NCBI GenBank assembly: GCA_965204735.1
Contig: OZ242008.1
Location: forward strand, 2,656,001 to 2,720,000
Reading direction: 5' to 3'
Source of the DNA: Longimicrobiales bacterium
GTDB taxonomy: Bacteria > Gemmatimonadota > Gemmatimonadetes > Longimicrobiales > Gaopeijiaceae
DNA: 64,000 bases
Position 1 is the stretch's first letter; each line of letters opens with the position of its first letter. Positions 18,576 through 28,700 of the stretch are shown one piece after another. The notes beneath the pieces were generated by a model that was not told the origin of the DNA, did no database searches, and was given only the letters and a program-made list of their open reading frames with translations. A program made the translations under genes and the position numbers.

Positions 18576-21046
18576 GGGCGCCGGGGGCGGCGTTGCGGCT
18601 GGCCTTGGCGGCGGGGGCGGCGCTCACCCCGTCGGTCGCGCACGTCGGCGCAGACGCCCAGCTCCCCCGGGGCCGGTACGCCGCCGACACCTTCCTGGAC
18701 CCCGTGGCCCGGGACCTCTACGTGGCGGCGGTGGACCGCTGGAGCACGCTGGACGAGTCGGTCCTGCGCTACACGGCCCGGATCGAGCAGCGGGTGGCGG
18801 CGGCGATCCGCACCCCGCTGAAGGATCGGGTCGTCTACCGCAACGAGACCGCCGTGCGGGCGTTCTGGGACCGGGACCACGATCCCGTCGTCCAGGTGCT
18901 GGGCACGAGCTCGAGCTATCCGGGCCGCGACATCGCCGTCCGCGAGGGCGACCTGGACTGGCTGGACGACCTTCCCTTCGACGAGCCCTTTCAGCCGGGC
19001 GGCGACCGACTGCTCTTCGGGCTGGCCGACCCCGACGAGGAGTACATGCGCGTCGACGTGGACGACCGGGGCAGCTACGAATCCGGCGACGCCTTCTGGT
19101 TCGCCCACCCCCTGGCCGACGACGCGGACGCCTTCTACCGCTTCCGGAGCGGCGACACGCTGACGGTCCGCTTCCCGGACGGCCGGCGGCTGGAAGCCGT
19201 GGAGCTGATAGTCCTGCCGCGGGAGGCCGACTCCCACCGGATCACGGGCGCCCTCTGGATCGAGCCCGGTTCCGGCGCGCTGGTGCGGGCGGTCTACCGG
19301 CTCAGTCGCGAGTTCGACGCGATGCGGGACGTGCCCGAGCTCCAGACCGAGGAAGCGCGCGACGCCGTCCGATGGGTGCCGGGGCTCTTCAAGCCGTGGA
19401 CCTTCGACCTGAAGATGATCGCGGTGGACTACGGCCTGTGGGACTTCAAGGTGTGGCTGCCCCGGAGCATGAGGGTCGAGGGCGAGGCCGCCGCGGGGAT
19501 CATCAAGGTGCCCGTGTCGATGGACGTGTCGTACCAGATCGAGGCGGTCGCGACGGAGGACGAGCGGGCCAGCGAGGACCAGGCAGCCGGCGAGGACCAG
19601 GCGGCCCGCGAGGACCAGGCGGCCCGCGAGGACCAGGCGGCCCGCGAGGACCAGGTGGCCCGCGAGGACCAGGCGGCCCGCGAGTCAGCTGCCGACCCGA
19701 CGACCGCGGGCGCGTCGGCGCCGGGAGCTGGACACGGCGCCCCGCAGGAAGTCCACTTCGAGACGCGGGCCGAAGCGATGGCGTTCCTCGCGAGCCTCCT
19801 CTCCGAAGGCGACGTGCCCTACGAGCTCATGGACGAGTCGGAGGGACCCGCGCAGACCCGGGAGGCTCTCCTCATCGTGCCCGAGGAGCGCAGCCGCGTG
19901 GCCGACTCTCCTCACTTGCCGCCGCCGATCTGGGAAGAAGCGGCGGGGTTCCCGTCGGACAGCGAGCTGGAGGCGTACGTCAAGAGCTTGGCCAGGCTGC
20001 CCGCCCCTCCCCTCCTGACCGACCGCGTCCGCTACGAGCTGGGGCCGTTCCGCTACAACCGGGTCGAGGGGCCGGCTGGAGGAGGCAGCATCGAGGCCGG
20101 CCTGGGCCGCCGATACGCGCTTCGGGCCACGGGCGTCCTGGGACTGGCCAACCTTCGTCCCGACGTGCGGATCGAGCTGGAGCGCTCCACCGTGCTCCGC
20201 CGCCTCTCGCTGGAACTCTTCCACGAGCTGCGGGCGACGGACGGGCAGGGGTCGTACTTCGGCCCCGGCGCCTCGGCCAGCGCGTTCTTCCTGGGCAACG
20301 ACTGGGGCGACTACTACCGGGCCACCGGGGCGAGCTTCGCGTGGCGGCCTCCCGCCGTGGCCCGGGAGTCGTACGAGCTGCGGCTCTTCGGCGAGCGCCA
20401 GACCGCCGTGCGGAGCCACACCAACTTCGCGCTCTTCAAGGCGTTCAGCGACGGCTGGTCCTTCCGGCCCAACCCGGCGGCCGACGAGGTCGCGGAGGCC
20501 GGCGTCGAGGTGCGGGCGGCGCCGTGGTGGGGGGCCGATCCGACCGCCGCCCAGTTCGGCGTGGACTTGGGTGCGCGGGCGGCGGTGTGGCGGCCCCTGG
20601 GCGACGGAGAGGAAGGGTCCCGGTACTTGGAGGCCGGCGCCGTTGCGAGGGCCGCCGTTCCGCTTTCGGGCGGGGAGTGGAGCGCGTGGCGGCTGGGGGT
20701 CGAGGCCGCCGCGGGCAACGTGTGGGGGAGGGCTCCGGTGCAGCGCGCGTGGTACCTGGGCGGACCCGCCACGCTCCGGGGGTTCCAGCCGGCGGCCGCC
20801 TCGGGAGCGACCTTCGGGCGGGGGCGGCTGGAAGTTGCGCGCACCTACCACGCCGTCGGGGCCAGCCTCTTCGGCGACGCCGGGTGGGCGGGCGACGCGG
20901 GAGAGTTCGAGGCGAGCCAGGCGCTCTACGGCGTGGGGCTGGGAGTCACGGTCCTCGACGGGCTCCTCCGCTTCGACTTGGCGCGAGGGCTGAACGGCCC
21001 GGACCCGGGCTTCTCGTTCCACGTCCACGTGGACGCGATCCTGTAG
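18572..21046 (+). CDS. Hypothetical outer-membrane beta-barrel protein
   Basis: GTGA overlap, signal peptide, [37 protein letters not shown], amphipathic terminal strand. Confidence 0.7.
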   Translation: MRAPGAALRLALAAGAALTPSVAHVGADAQLPRGRYAADTFLDPVARDLYVAAVDRWSTLDESVLRYTARIEQRVAAAIRTPLKDRVVYRNETAVRAFWDRDHDPVVQVLGTSSSYPGRDIAVREGDLDWLDDLPFDEPFQPGGDRLLFGLADPDEEYMRVDVDDRGSYESGDAFWFAHPLADDADAFYRFRSGDTLTVRFPDGRRLEAVELIVLPREADSHRITGALWIEPGSGALVRAVYRLSREFDAMRDVPELQTEEARDAVRWVPGLFKPWTFDLKMIAVDYGLWDFKVWLPRSMRVEGEAAAGIIKVPVSMDVSYQIEAVATEDERASEDQAAGEDQAAREDQAAREDQAAREDQVAREDQAARESAADPTTAGASAPGAGHGAPQEVHFETRAEAMAFLASLLSEGDVPYELMDESEGPAQTREALLIVPEERSRVADSPHLPPPIWEEAAGFPSDSELEAYVKSLARLPAPPLLTDRVRYELGPFRYNRVEGPAGGGSIEAGLGRRYALRATGVLGLANLRPDVRIELERSTVLRRLSLELFHELRATDGQGSYFGPGASASAFFLGNDWGDYYRATGASFAWRPPAVARESYELRLFGERQTAVRSHTNFALFKAFSDGWSFRPNPAADEVAEAGVEVRAAPWWGADPTAAQFGVDLGARAAVWRPLGDGEEGSRYLEAGAVARAAVPLSGGEWSAWRLGVEAAAGNVWGRAPVQRAWYLGGPATLRGFQPAAASGATFGRGRLEVARTYHAVGASLFGDAGWAGDAGEFEASQALYGVGLGVTVLDGLLRFDLARGLNGPDPGFSFHVHVDAIL
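19574..19684 (+). repeat. In-frame 18-bp tandem repeat x6 (EDQAAR)
   Basis: gaggaccaggcggcccgc units with minor variants. Confidence 0.92.
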
Positions 21047-21054
21047 CCGCGGGT

Positions 21055-21138
21055 CCGGCTGCTCGCGAGACCAACCCGGCTACCCGCGAGACCAGTCCGG
21101 CTACTCGCGAGACCAGTCCGGCTTACCGCGAGACCAGG
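21055..21138. repeat. 21-bp tandem repeat x4 between convergent genes
   Basis: ccggctactcgcgagaccagt-like units; the last unit contains the final codons and stop of the minus-strand gene. Confidence 0.88.
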
Positions 21139-23345
21139 AAGGTCGCCTTTGCGATGAGCTGGCGGCGGCGGTACTCGCCCGGCGCTCCCGACTCTCGCTG
21201 AAGCTGGTCGTACGCCAGGTACACGTCGCTCCCGGCCCGGTAGGTCCAGCGGAAGCGGGCGCTGGCACCGAACTGGTCGGTCAACGAGTTGTACTGGGCC
21301 ACCGACCTGAAGCTCACGGCGGGCGAGATCGCGAAGTCGATCCGCAGCGACGCCAAGTCCACGTCGAAGTCGCCGGCGGGGAGCGAGACCCAGTTGCGGG
21401 ACCAGCGGGCCTCGGCGGCGAGCTGGCTGGTGAGCCGTCCGCCCACGCTGGCGCTGGCGTCGGTGCGCGTCCCGCCGAAGAACGTCTGCGGCGAGTAGAC
21501 CATCCCGTAGTACACGCGGCGCGCCGGGTTGCTGTCGAAGGAGAAGCGCCACTCGCCAAAGTGGTAGTCCCCTGCCCCGATCTCGACGCCGCCCAGGGCG
21601 AAGGGAACGTCGAGCCGCTCGAAGTGGTCGTTGTACCAGACGTTGAAGTAGGCACCGTTGTCGAAGCGCGTGCCCACCATGTAGTGCCAGCGGCGGGAGA
21701 GGAGGCGGCCGCTCCGGTCCGTCGTGTGCGTGAAGTTGACCATCGGCGACAGCACGCGGAGGCCCCAGCGGCCGGGCCGGGGGTTGCGCTCCAGGTGGAG
21801 CTTGGTGGTGCGGATGCCGCGTCGGGGCAGGAATCCGGTCTCGGGGTTGAAGTCGTCGCCGAAGCCGGCGTACTCGCCGTAGACCCGCCAGCGGTCGTCC
21901 AGCCAGGTCGCGTTGAGGTAGCTGCCGGCGTCGTCGCCCTCCAGCCCCGGCGTCTCGGTCTTCGCCATGAACCCCACCACCGTGAACGCCGGGTGCGGCG
22001 CCAGCGTCATGTCCACCGCGTAGGTGCGGTTGAAGCGGGCGCCGTCGGTCTCGGCGCGGTTGACGAACAGCCCGCCGATCCGGGAGCGCGAGAGGAAGTT
22101 CCGGCCGTAGCGCGCCGCCAGGAAGTTCTCGCCGGAGCGGCCGTGGGCGCGGCCGGTCTGCACGTCCATGATCGCGATGTCGTGCCGTCCCGCCTTCCCC
22201 GTCAGTCGAGCGCCGCCCAGGATCGGGACGCTCTCGCCGGCGTCGGTGATGCCGATCCGGCGGCTGAAGAACAGGTCGACCAGGCGGTTGAAGGGAGTGA
22301 CGGAGCCCACGTTGAACTGGCCCGAGTTCTCCAGGAAGAAATCCCGCTTCTCGGGGTAGAAGAGTGGGAAGCGGGTCAGGTTGACCTGTTCGTCGTCCAC
22401 TTCCGCCTGGGCGAAGTCGGTGTTGACGGTCACGTCCAAGTTGAGGCCCGGCGTGATTCCGTACTTGAGATCGAGTCCCACGTCAGGCTCGAACGAGCTG
22501 CGGGTCGCGCCCCCTTCCAGCAAGCGGCTGCCCCCGCCGGTCGCGAACGGAGTGATCCGCAGGTCCAGTCCTCGGTTCAGGCCGGTCATCCCGTCCAGGC
22601 TGCCGGCCAAGCTGACGCGGGAGATTCCGTAGGCCTTCGGCACCGGCGCCCAGAAGGACTGCTCGTTCTTGCGCCCGACGTTGCGCATGACGTTGAAGCC
22701 CCAGCTCTGGGTGTCGGCGTCGGGAAAGCGAAGGGTGACCAAGGGAATGGCGATCTCGGCCACCCAGCCGTCGGCGCCGACCCGAGCCGCCACGTGCCAC
22801 ACTCCGTCCCAGTCCCGGTTGATGTTGGACGTGGCCATTCCGATGCGCGCGCCCTCGCCTTCGTTGAAGACCTGCTGGTCCAGCTTCGCGCCCAGCGGGT
22901 TGGTCGCGAACATGTACGCCGAGCGCGCGTCCTTGAAGGTGTCCAGCACGATCTGGACGTTGTCCTCCTCCAGGATGCGCTCCGAGTCCCGCCGCATCTC
23001 GGTGGCGGTGAGGGCGTCGCCGGACCCGTCGTAGGCGGTCACGCCCAAGTAGAGGGTCTCGGCGTCGTAGAGGACCCGCACCTCGGTGCCCTCGCTGGCG
23101 GGCGCTCCCTCGTCGGGCTCCTGCTGCACGAACGCCGCCGCCAGCCCGGCGGCGCGCCATGCGGCCTCGTCCAGCACGCCGTCCAGGCTCGGCGGCTCGG
23201 CGGCGGGCGACGCGTCCACCTTGTGCAGGCTCCAGTTCGACTGGGCGCGGGCGGCGGTCGGCCCCGCCAGGAGAGCGGCGGCCAACGCCACGGCGACCGG
23301 CACGGCCGGCGCCGCCACCGCCGACCCGCTTCGTGGATTGGGCAC
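21123..23345 (-). CDS. CBM9-like domain + DUF5916 outer-membrane protein
   Basis: PSLDGVLDEAAW, FVQQEPDEGAPA, WDGVW, AEIAIP, TVNTDFAQAEVD...NLTRFPLFYPEKRDFFLE, FFSRRIG. Confidence 0.85.
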   Translation of the reverse strand: MPNPRSGSAVAAPAVPVAVALAAALLAGPTAARAQSNWSLHKVDASPAAEPPSLDGVLDEAAWRAAGLAAAFVQQEPDEGAPASEGTEVRVLYDAETLYLGVTAYDGSGDALTATEMRRDSERILEEDNVQIVLDTFKDARSAYMFATNPLGAKLDQQVFNEGEGARIGMATSNINRDWDGVWHVAARVGADGWVAEIAIPLVTLRFPDADTQSWGFNVMRNVGRKNEQSFWAPVPKAYGISRVSLAGSLDGMTGLNRGLDLRITPFATGGGSRLLEGGATRSSFEPDVGLDLKYGITPGLNLDVTVNTDFAQAEVDDEQVNLTRFPLFYPEKRDFFLENSGQFNVGSVTPFNRLVDLFFSRRIGITDAGESVPILGGARLTGKAGRHDIAIMDVQTGRAHGRSGENFLAARYGRNFLSRSRIGGLFVNRAETDGARFNRTYAVDMTLAPHPAFTVVGFMAKTETPGLEGDDAGSYLNATWLDDRWRVYGEYAGFGDDFNPETGFLPRRGIRTTKLHLERNPRPGRWGLRVLSPMVNFTHTTDRSGRLLSRRWHYMVGTRFDNGAYFNVWYNDHFERLDVPFALGGVEIGAGDYHFGEWRFSFDSNPARRVYYGMVYSPQTFFGGTRTDASASVGGRLTSQLAAEARWSRNWVSLPAGDFDVDLASLRIDFAISPAVSFRSVAQYNSLTDQFGASARFRWTYRAGSDVYLAYDQLQRESGAPGEYRRRQLIAKATFLVSR

Positions 23346-23514
23346 GTTCGCGAACTCTTGCTGGTTGTCCAGGGCGCGTGGCGTGGTCGTGCCGACGCCG
23401 CTGGGCGCGCGCCCGGGAGACGTCGGGGCGCCGCTTGACGGCCGGCGGCTCGGGAAGCTAGAAAGCTAGCGCGCCATCGAAACGCGGAAGCACCTTCGGA
23501 GAGGAGAGAGAGCC

Positions 23515-24669
23515 ATGCGGATCGCCCTGCGACTTGCGGTCGCGTCGACCACCCTCGCAGCCGTCGGGGCCGGGGCGGAGCGCGCCCGCGGGCAACCGGC
23601 GGTCGCCGAGCCCTTCAAGGTGGGCACCTTCGAGATCGACGGCGCGCCGCGGGTCGGGCTCGTGCTCCGCGACGCGCTCGTGGTGGAGATCGGCGAGGCG
23701 AATCGGGCGCTGGAGCGCAGCCCGGCGTATCCGGCGTTCCCCGCGCCCGCCGACATGCTCGACCTGATCGGCCGCTACGAGTACGGCGTCCAGCGGCGTC
23801 TCTACGAGATCGTGAACCACTTGGCAGCCAACGAGATGCTGGCCGAGGGGGCGCGGCCCGGGTTCGTCCACGCGGTGGAGGACGTGCGGACGCTGCCGCC
23901 GATCATGTACCCGGGCAAGATCCTCAACGCGGCGGTCAACTTCTACAGCCACGTGGAGGAGACCGGCACGCCCGAGGAGCGGACCGAGGCGCGCCGCCAG
24001 CGTCGGGAGAACCGGGGCGTGCCCTACCTCTTCCTGAAGCCCAGCCGGGGCGCGGTGATCGGCAATGGGGACTCGGTGGTGATCCCCTGGGGGCGCGACC
24101 GCACCGACTGGGAAGTGGAGCTGGGCGCGGTGATCGGGCGGGCCGCCAAGTACGTCTCGGCCGACGACGCCGAGGCCCACGTCTTCGGCTACACCGTGAC
24201 GCTCGACATCTCGGACCGGGGCGGGCGTCCCCCCGGCGGCAACCCCCTGCGCTCCGACTGGTTCGTCGGCAAGGGCCACGACACCTTCGCGCCCATGGGA
24301 CCTTGGATCGTGCCCAAGGAGTTCTACGGCGACCCCATGGAGAACCTGCGCCAGACCCTGAGCGTGGGCGGCGAGCAGATGCAGGAGGCCCGCGCCGGCG
24401 ACATGATCCACACCCTGTGGGAGCTGATCGAGTACGGCTCGTCGATCATCACGCTCTTCCCCGGCGACGTGATCAACAACGGGACTTCCGGCGGCGTCGG
24501 CATGGGCACGGCGGTGCGGGGCGAGCAGCGGTTCCTCCAGCCCGGCGACGTGATCGAGGCGACGATCGACGGGATCGGCACGTTGCGGATGCCGGTGGCG
24601 GCGGAAGAGGAGCCGTCGGGCGGCACAGGGGCGCGCCTGCCCCCGGTCCGCTCGTACCGGAGGAACTGA
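23515..24669 (+). CDS. Fumarylacetoacetate hydrolase family protein with signal-like N-terminus
   Basis: KILNAAVNF, PYLFLKP, DWEVELG, GKGHDTFAPMGP, PGDVINNGT; GAGGAG RBS. Confidence 0.9.
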   Translation: MRIALRLAVASTTLAAVGAGAERARGQPAVAEPFKVGTFEIDGAPRVGLVLRDALVVEIGEANRALERSPAYPAFPAPADMLDLIGRYEYGVQRRLYEIVNHLAANEMLAEGARPGFVHAVEDVRTLPPIMYPGKILNAAVNFYSHVEETGTPEERTEARRQRRENRGVPYLFLKPSRGAVIGNGDSVVIPWGRDRTDWEVELGAVIGRAAKYVSADDAEAHVFGYTVTLDISDRGGRPPGGNPLRSDWFVGKGHDTFAPMGPWIVPKEFYGDPMENLRQTLSVGGEQMQEARAGDMIHTLWELIEYGSSIITLFPGDVINNGTSGGVGMGTAVRGEQRFLQPGDVIEATIDGIGTLRMPVAAEEEPSGGTGARLPPVRSYRRN

Positions 24670-24740
24670 TTGCGCGTCCGTGGAGGCGCTTCGGGACCGC
24701 AGACGCCGGGCCGGCGGCGAAGGCGGCGCGCCGCTCCGAG

Positions 24741-24824
24741 TGCCGGGGGCGGGATTCGAACCCGCATGGGGATTGCCCCGGGGGATTTTAAGTCCCCTGT
24801 GTATACCGATTTCACCACCCCGGC
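24741..24824 (-). tRNA. tRNA-Leu (anticodon TAA)
   Basis: Reverse complement GCCGGGGTGGTGAAATCGGTATACACAGGGGACTTAAAATCCCCCGGGGCAATCCCCATGCGGGTTCGAATCCCGCCCCCGGCA: cloverleaf, long variable arm, TTCGAAT T-loop. CCA not encoded. Confidence 0.95.
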
Positions 24825-24872
24825 GGGGCGGGCAGCGGCCGGCGGCCCGGCCGTTGCCGCGAACCTCGCCAC

Positions 24873-24878
24873 ATTATA
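24873..24878 (-). promoter_or_regulatory. Putative -10 box for the tRNA gene
   Basis: Perfect TATAAT on the minus strand about 50 nt upstream of the tRNA; -35 weak. Confidence 0.4.
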
Positions 24879-24894
24879 GCCGGACAGCGGGCGG

Positions 24895-25230
24895 ATGGCC
24901 CAAGTCGACGACGCCGTGATCGGCCAGATGGTCGAGGCCATCGTGAACGAGGTGGACCCGGAGAAGGTCGTCCTCTTCGGTTCTCGGGGCCGTCGGGCCG
25001 CCACCGAGCGCTCGGACGTGGACCTGCTCGTCATCGAAGCCGAGCCGTTCGGCCCGGAGCGCAGCCGGCACAGCGAGCTCGTCAGGCTCTACGGCGCCCT
25101 CTCCGCCTTCGTCGTCCCGGCGGACGTTCTGGTCTACTCCCTCGCCGACGTGGAGTACTGGCGCGACTCCCTGAACCACGTCCTGGCGCGCGCGCTCCGG
25201 GAAGGCAGGGTCGTGTATGAGCGACCCTAA
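24895..25230 (+). CDS. Minimal nucleotidyltransferase (MNT antitoxin-like)
   Basis: VVLFGSRGR...SDVDLLVI (GS...DxD), ALREGRVVYE. Confidence 0.88.
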   Translation: MAQVDDAVIGQMVEAIVNEVDPEKVVLFGSRGRRAATERSDVDLLVIEAEPFGPERSRHSELVRLYGALSAFVVPADVLVYSLADVEYWRDSLNHVLARALREGRVVYERP

Positions 25231-25603
25231 GTGCGCCGGAATGCTGCTCCGCGCCGCCGAACGCGACGTTCTCACGCTCAGGAGCATGACGGCCGGGGCG
25301 CCGGACGAGTCGTTCGGGTTCCATGTCCAGCAGGCGGCGGAGAAGGCCTTCAAGGCGTGGCTCGCCGCGCTGGGCGAGACCTATCCCCTGACCCACAGCC
25401 TCCACACGCTGCTCCGGCTCCTCGAAGCCAAGGGCGCCCCGACGGCCGCGTTCAAGGACCTTGCGGACTTTACCCCGTATGCCGTCGAGTTTCGATACGA
25501 GGGAGTCGGCGCCTACGCGGCTCCCATCGATCGGGAAGCAACCCTGGCCCGGCTCGTGATCCTGCTGGACGCCGTGCGGCAGCAGGTCGACCGGAAGTGG
25601 TAG
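25217..25603 (+). CDS. HEPN domain protein
   Basis: FHVQQAAEKAFKA, YPLTHSL, YAVEFRY; overlaps the MNT gene. Confidence 0.86.
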   Translation: MSDPKCAGMLLRAAERDVLTLRSMTAGAPDESFGFHVQQAAEKAFKAWLAALGETYPLTHSLHTLLRLLEAKGAPTAAFKDLADFTPYAVEFRYEGVGAYAAPIDREATLARLVILLDAVRQQVDRKW

Positions 25604-25625
25604 ATGGCTGGGGCATGTCGGGAAC

Positions 25626-25720
25626 CGGTGGCAAAGTGGTAGCAAAATGGTGGCAAAATGGAGGCATTATGGTAGTGGAATGGTGGCAAAACGGTAGCAA
25701 AACGGTGGCATTCTGCCACC
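25626..25720. repeat. 11-bp-period tandem array (consensus YGGTRGCAAAA) x8 ending in a short hairpin
   Basis: cggtggcaaag tggtagcaaaa tggtggcaaaa tggaggcatta tggtagtggaa tggtggcaaaa cggtagcaaaa cggtggcattc tgccacc. Confidence 0.9.
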
Positions 25721-25790
25721 ACGCCGGCTCCTGCGAAGACGCTGAAGCTGTCGGAAGGGGACCGGGCGCTGCCGCCGAGGCGGTGTATCC

Positions 25791-28700
25791 ATGATTCACG
25801 CGCGCCTTCCCGACCGACCGCCGGAGCCCGGGGAGCTGGTGCGGGTGCGGTCCCGTCAATGGCTGGTCGAGGCGGTGGAGGAGCCCGGCGGCTCGCCGGT
25901 GGTCAGCCTGGCCTGCGCCGACGACGACGCCCAGGGCCAAGCGCTCCAAGTCTTCTGGGAGTGCGAACTGGACCGCCGGATCCTCCACGACGAGGGCTGG
26001 AACGCGCTGGGCAAGCGGGGCTTCGACGACCCCCGTCGCTTTGCCGCCTTCTTCCACACCCTCCGCTGGAACTGCGTCACCGCCACCGACCCGCGGTTGA
26101 TCCAGTCTCCGTTCCGGGCCGGCATCCGCCTCGACGCCTACCAGATGGAGCCCCTGCGCAAGGCGCTGCGCCTGCCGCGGGTCAACTTGTTCATCGCCGA
26201 CGACACGGGGCTGGGCAAGACCGTGGAGGCCGGCTTGATCGCCCGCGAGCTCCTGCTGCGCAAGAAGGCGAAGACGATCGTGGTCGCCGCGCCTCCCTCG
26301 GTGCTGGAGCAGTGGAAGGGGGAGATGGAAGAGCGGTTCGGCCTCGTCTTCGAGGTCCTGGACCGGGCCTACGTCTCGCGGATGCGAAGGGAGCGCGGCT
26401 TCGGCGTCAATCCGTGGCGCACCCACAGCCGCTTCCTGGTGTCGCACCGGCTGCTGGCGGACCCTGCGTACGCCGACCCCATGCGGGAGTGGCTCGGTCC
26501 GATGTCGCCGGGCAGCCTGCTGATCTTGGACGAAGCCCATCACGCGGCGCCCTCGTCGGGCGGACGCTACGGAATCGAGACCAAGTTCACCCGGGCGGTG
26601 CGCGACTTGGCCGGTCGCTTCGAGCATCGCCTCTTCCTGTCGGCCACGCCCCACAACGGCCACTCCAACAGCTTCGCCACCCTGCTCGAGCTGCTGGACC
26701 CCTACCGCTTCACGCGGGGCGTCAAGGTCCGGGGCAAGCGCGTGCTGGACGACGTCATGGTGCGCCGCCTCAAGGAAGACGTCCGCCAAGTGCAGGGCGG
26801 CTTCCCCAAGCGCAACGTGGTGCGGATCGAGATCGACGGATTGCCCGAGGACGCCCCGGAGATCGCCCTGTCCCGACTGCTGGACGAGTACCGGACCGCT
26901 CGGGAAGCGCGCCACGCCGATGCGCCAAAGGGAGCGAGAGCCGCCGCCGGACTGCTGGTGGTCGGATTGCAGCAGCGGCTGCTGTCGTCCGTCGAAGCGT
27001 TTGCTCGCAGCCTGAAGGTCCACCGGGCAACGGTGCAGAGGCACTGGGAGAAGGCGCGGGCGGCGCCGGGAGAGGACGCGGCCGAGAGCGGGGCGCGGTC
27101 AGCCCGGGCCGACGCCCCTGGCCAACCGGACGCCGAGCCGACGCAAGCCTCATTGCCGGCCGGCAGGCCGACCAGCGCCGCATCGGCGTCCGGACGCACG
27201 TCTTCGACGGGGCTGGACATCTTTCTTGCGCCCCCGGACGCCGACGACGAACGGGCCGACTGGGACGACGCTGAAGCCGAAGCCGAGGAAGCCGCCCAGA
27301 TCGAGGCGATCACGCTGGCGGCGGAAGCGGGAGCAGCGGCAGGCTCGAAGCCAGTCCCCGAGGACCGGGAGGCGGCGCAATGGGCGAACGAGCAGCGGCT
27401 GCTCGACGAGATGGAGCGGATCGCGGAAGAGGCCCGCTACCAACCCGACGCCAAGACCCTTCGCCTGATCGACTGGATTCGGGAGAACCAGTGTCCCGAC
27501 TTGCCGCCGTTCGGGAAGGCGTTGCCGGCGGCTGCCCTCGGACTGGCGCTGGACGATCCGCCTGTCGCCCACGCACTCCCCAAGTGGAACGACCGCCGGG
27601 TCCTGATCTTCACGGAGAACCGCCAGGGCACGAAGCGGTACTTGCGCGAGGTGCTGGAAAGGGCCGTCCGCGGCACCGATCGGGGCGAAGAGCGCATCGA
27701 GGTCATCGACGGGCTCACCAGCGGGGCGAGGCGAAGGGAAGTGCAGCGGCGCTTCAACGCCCGCCCCGAGGCCGATCCGCTGCGCATACTGATCGCCACG
27801 GACGCGGCCCGAGAGGGGCTCAACTTCCAAGCCCACTGCACCGACCTCTTCCACTTCGACCTGCCGTGGAACCCGGGGCGCATCGAGCAGCGCAATGGCC
27901 GGATCGACCGCAAGCTGCAGCCCGCATCGGAGGTCAACTGCCACTACTTCGTGCTGCCCCAGCGGTTCGAGGACCGGGTGCTGGAAGTGCTCGTCGAGAA
28001 GACCGAGACGATCCAGCGCGAGCTGGGCAGCTTGTCCAAGGTCATCGACGCCGACGTGGAGCGCCGCCTGAGCAAGGCCGGCATCCGCCGTCGCGACGCC
28101 GAAGCCCTTCGGGCCGAGATCAAGGGCGCGGACCTGGACGCGTCGCGCAAGCGGGCCGCCATGGAGGAGCTGGAGGACGCCCGCGACCGGCAGGACGAGC
28201 TGGCCGATCAGATCGAGGGCTGCCGGAGCCTTCTCGCCCGCTCCCGGCAGTGGGTGGGCTTCAAGGCCGAGCCGTTCCGGCAGGCCCTCTCGTGCGCCCT
28301 GGAGATGATGCACGCGCCGCCGCTCGCCGAAGGCCGGGACGCAGACGGCCGCCCGGTGTGGACGTTTCCGCCCCTGGGACGCCGCGGCGCCACCGACCCC
28401 AGCTGGACCGCCACCCTCGACTCGCTGCGAGCGCCGATGAAGATGGGCCAGAAGCTGGCCGAGTGGCGCCGCGACGCCCCGATCCGCCCCGTCGTCTTCG
28501 AGGACGCCGGCGTGCTCTCCGACGAAACGGTTCACCTTCACCTGGAACAGCGGATCGCTCAACGGCTGCTGGCCCGCTTCCGCGCGCAGGGGTTCGTCAG
28601 CTTCGACCTGTCCCGCGCCTGCCTCGCCCAAGCCCGCGACTCGACCCCGCGCGTCGTCCTCCTGGGTCGTCTGTGCCTCTACGGCAGCCGGGCGGAGCGG

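Noticed and set aside
25626..25720. CRISPR array or coding repeat (KWWQNG peptide)
   Set aside because: Units are contiguous 11-mers with no spacers and no cas genes nearby; a period not divisible by three argues against coding.
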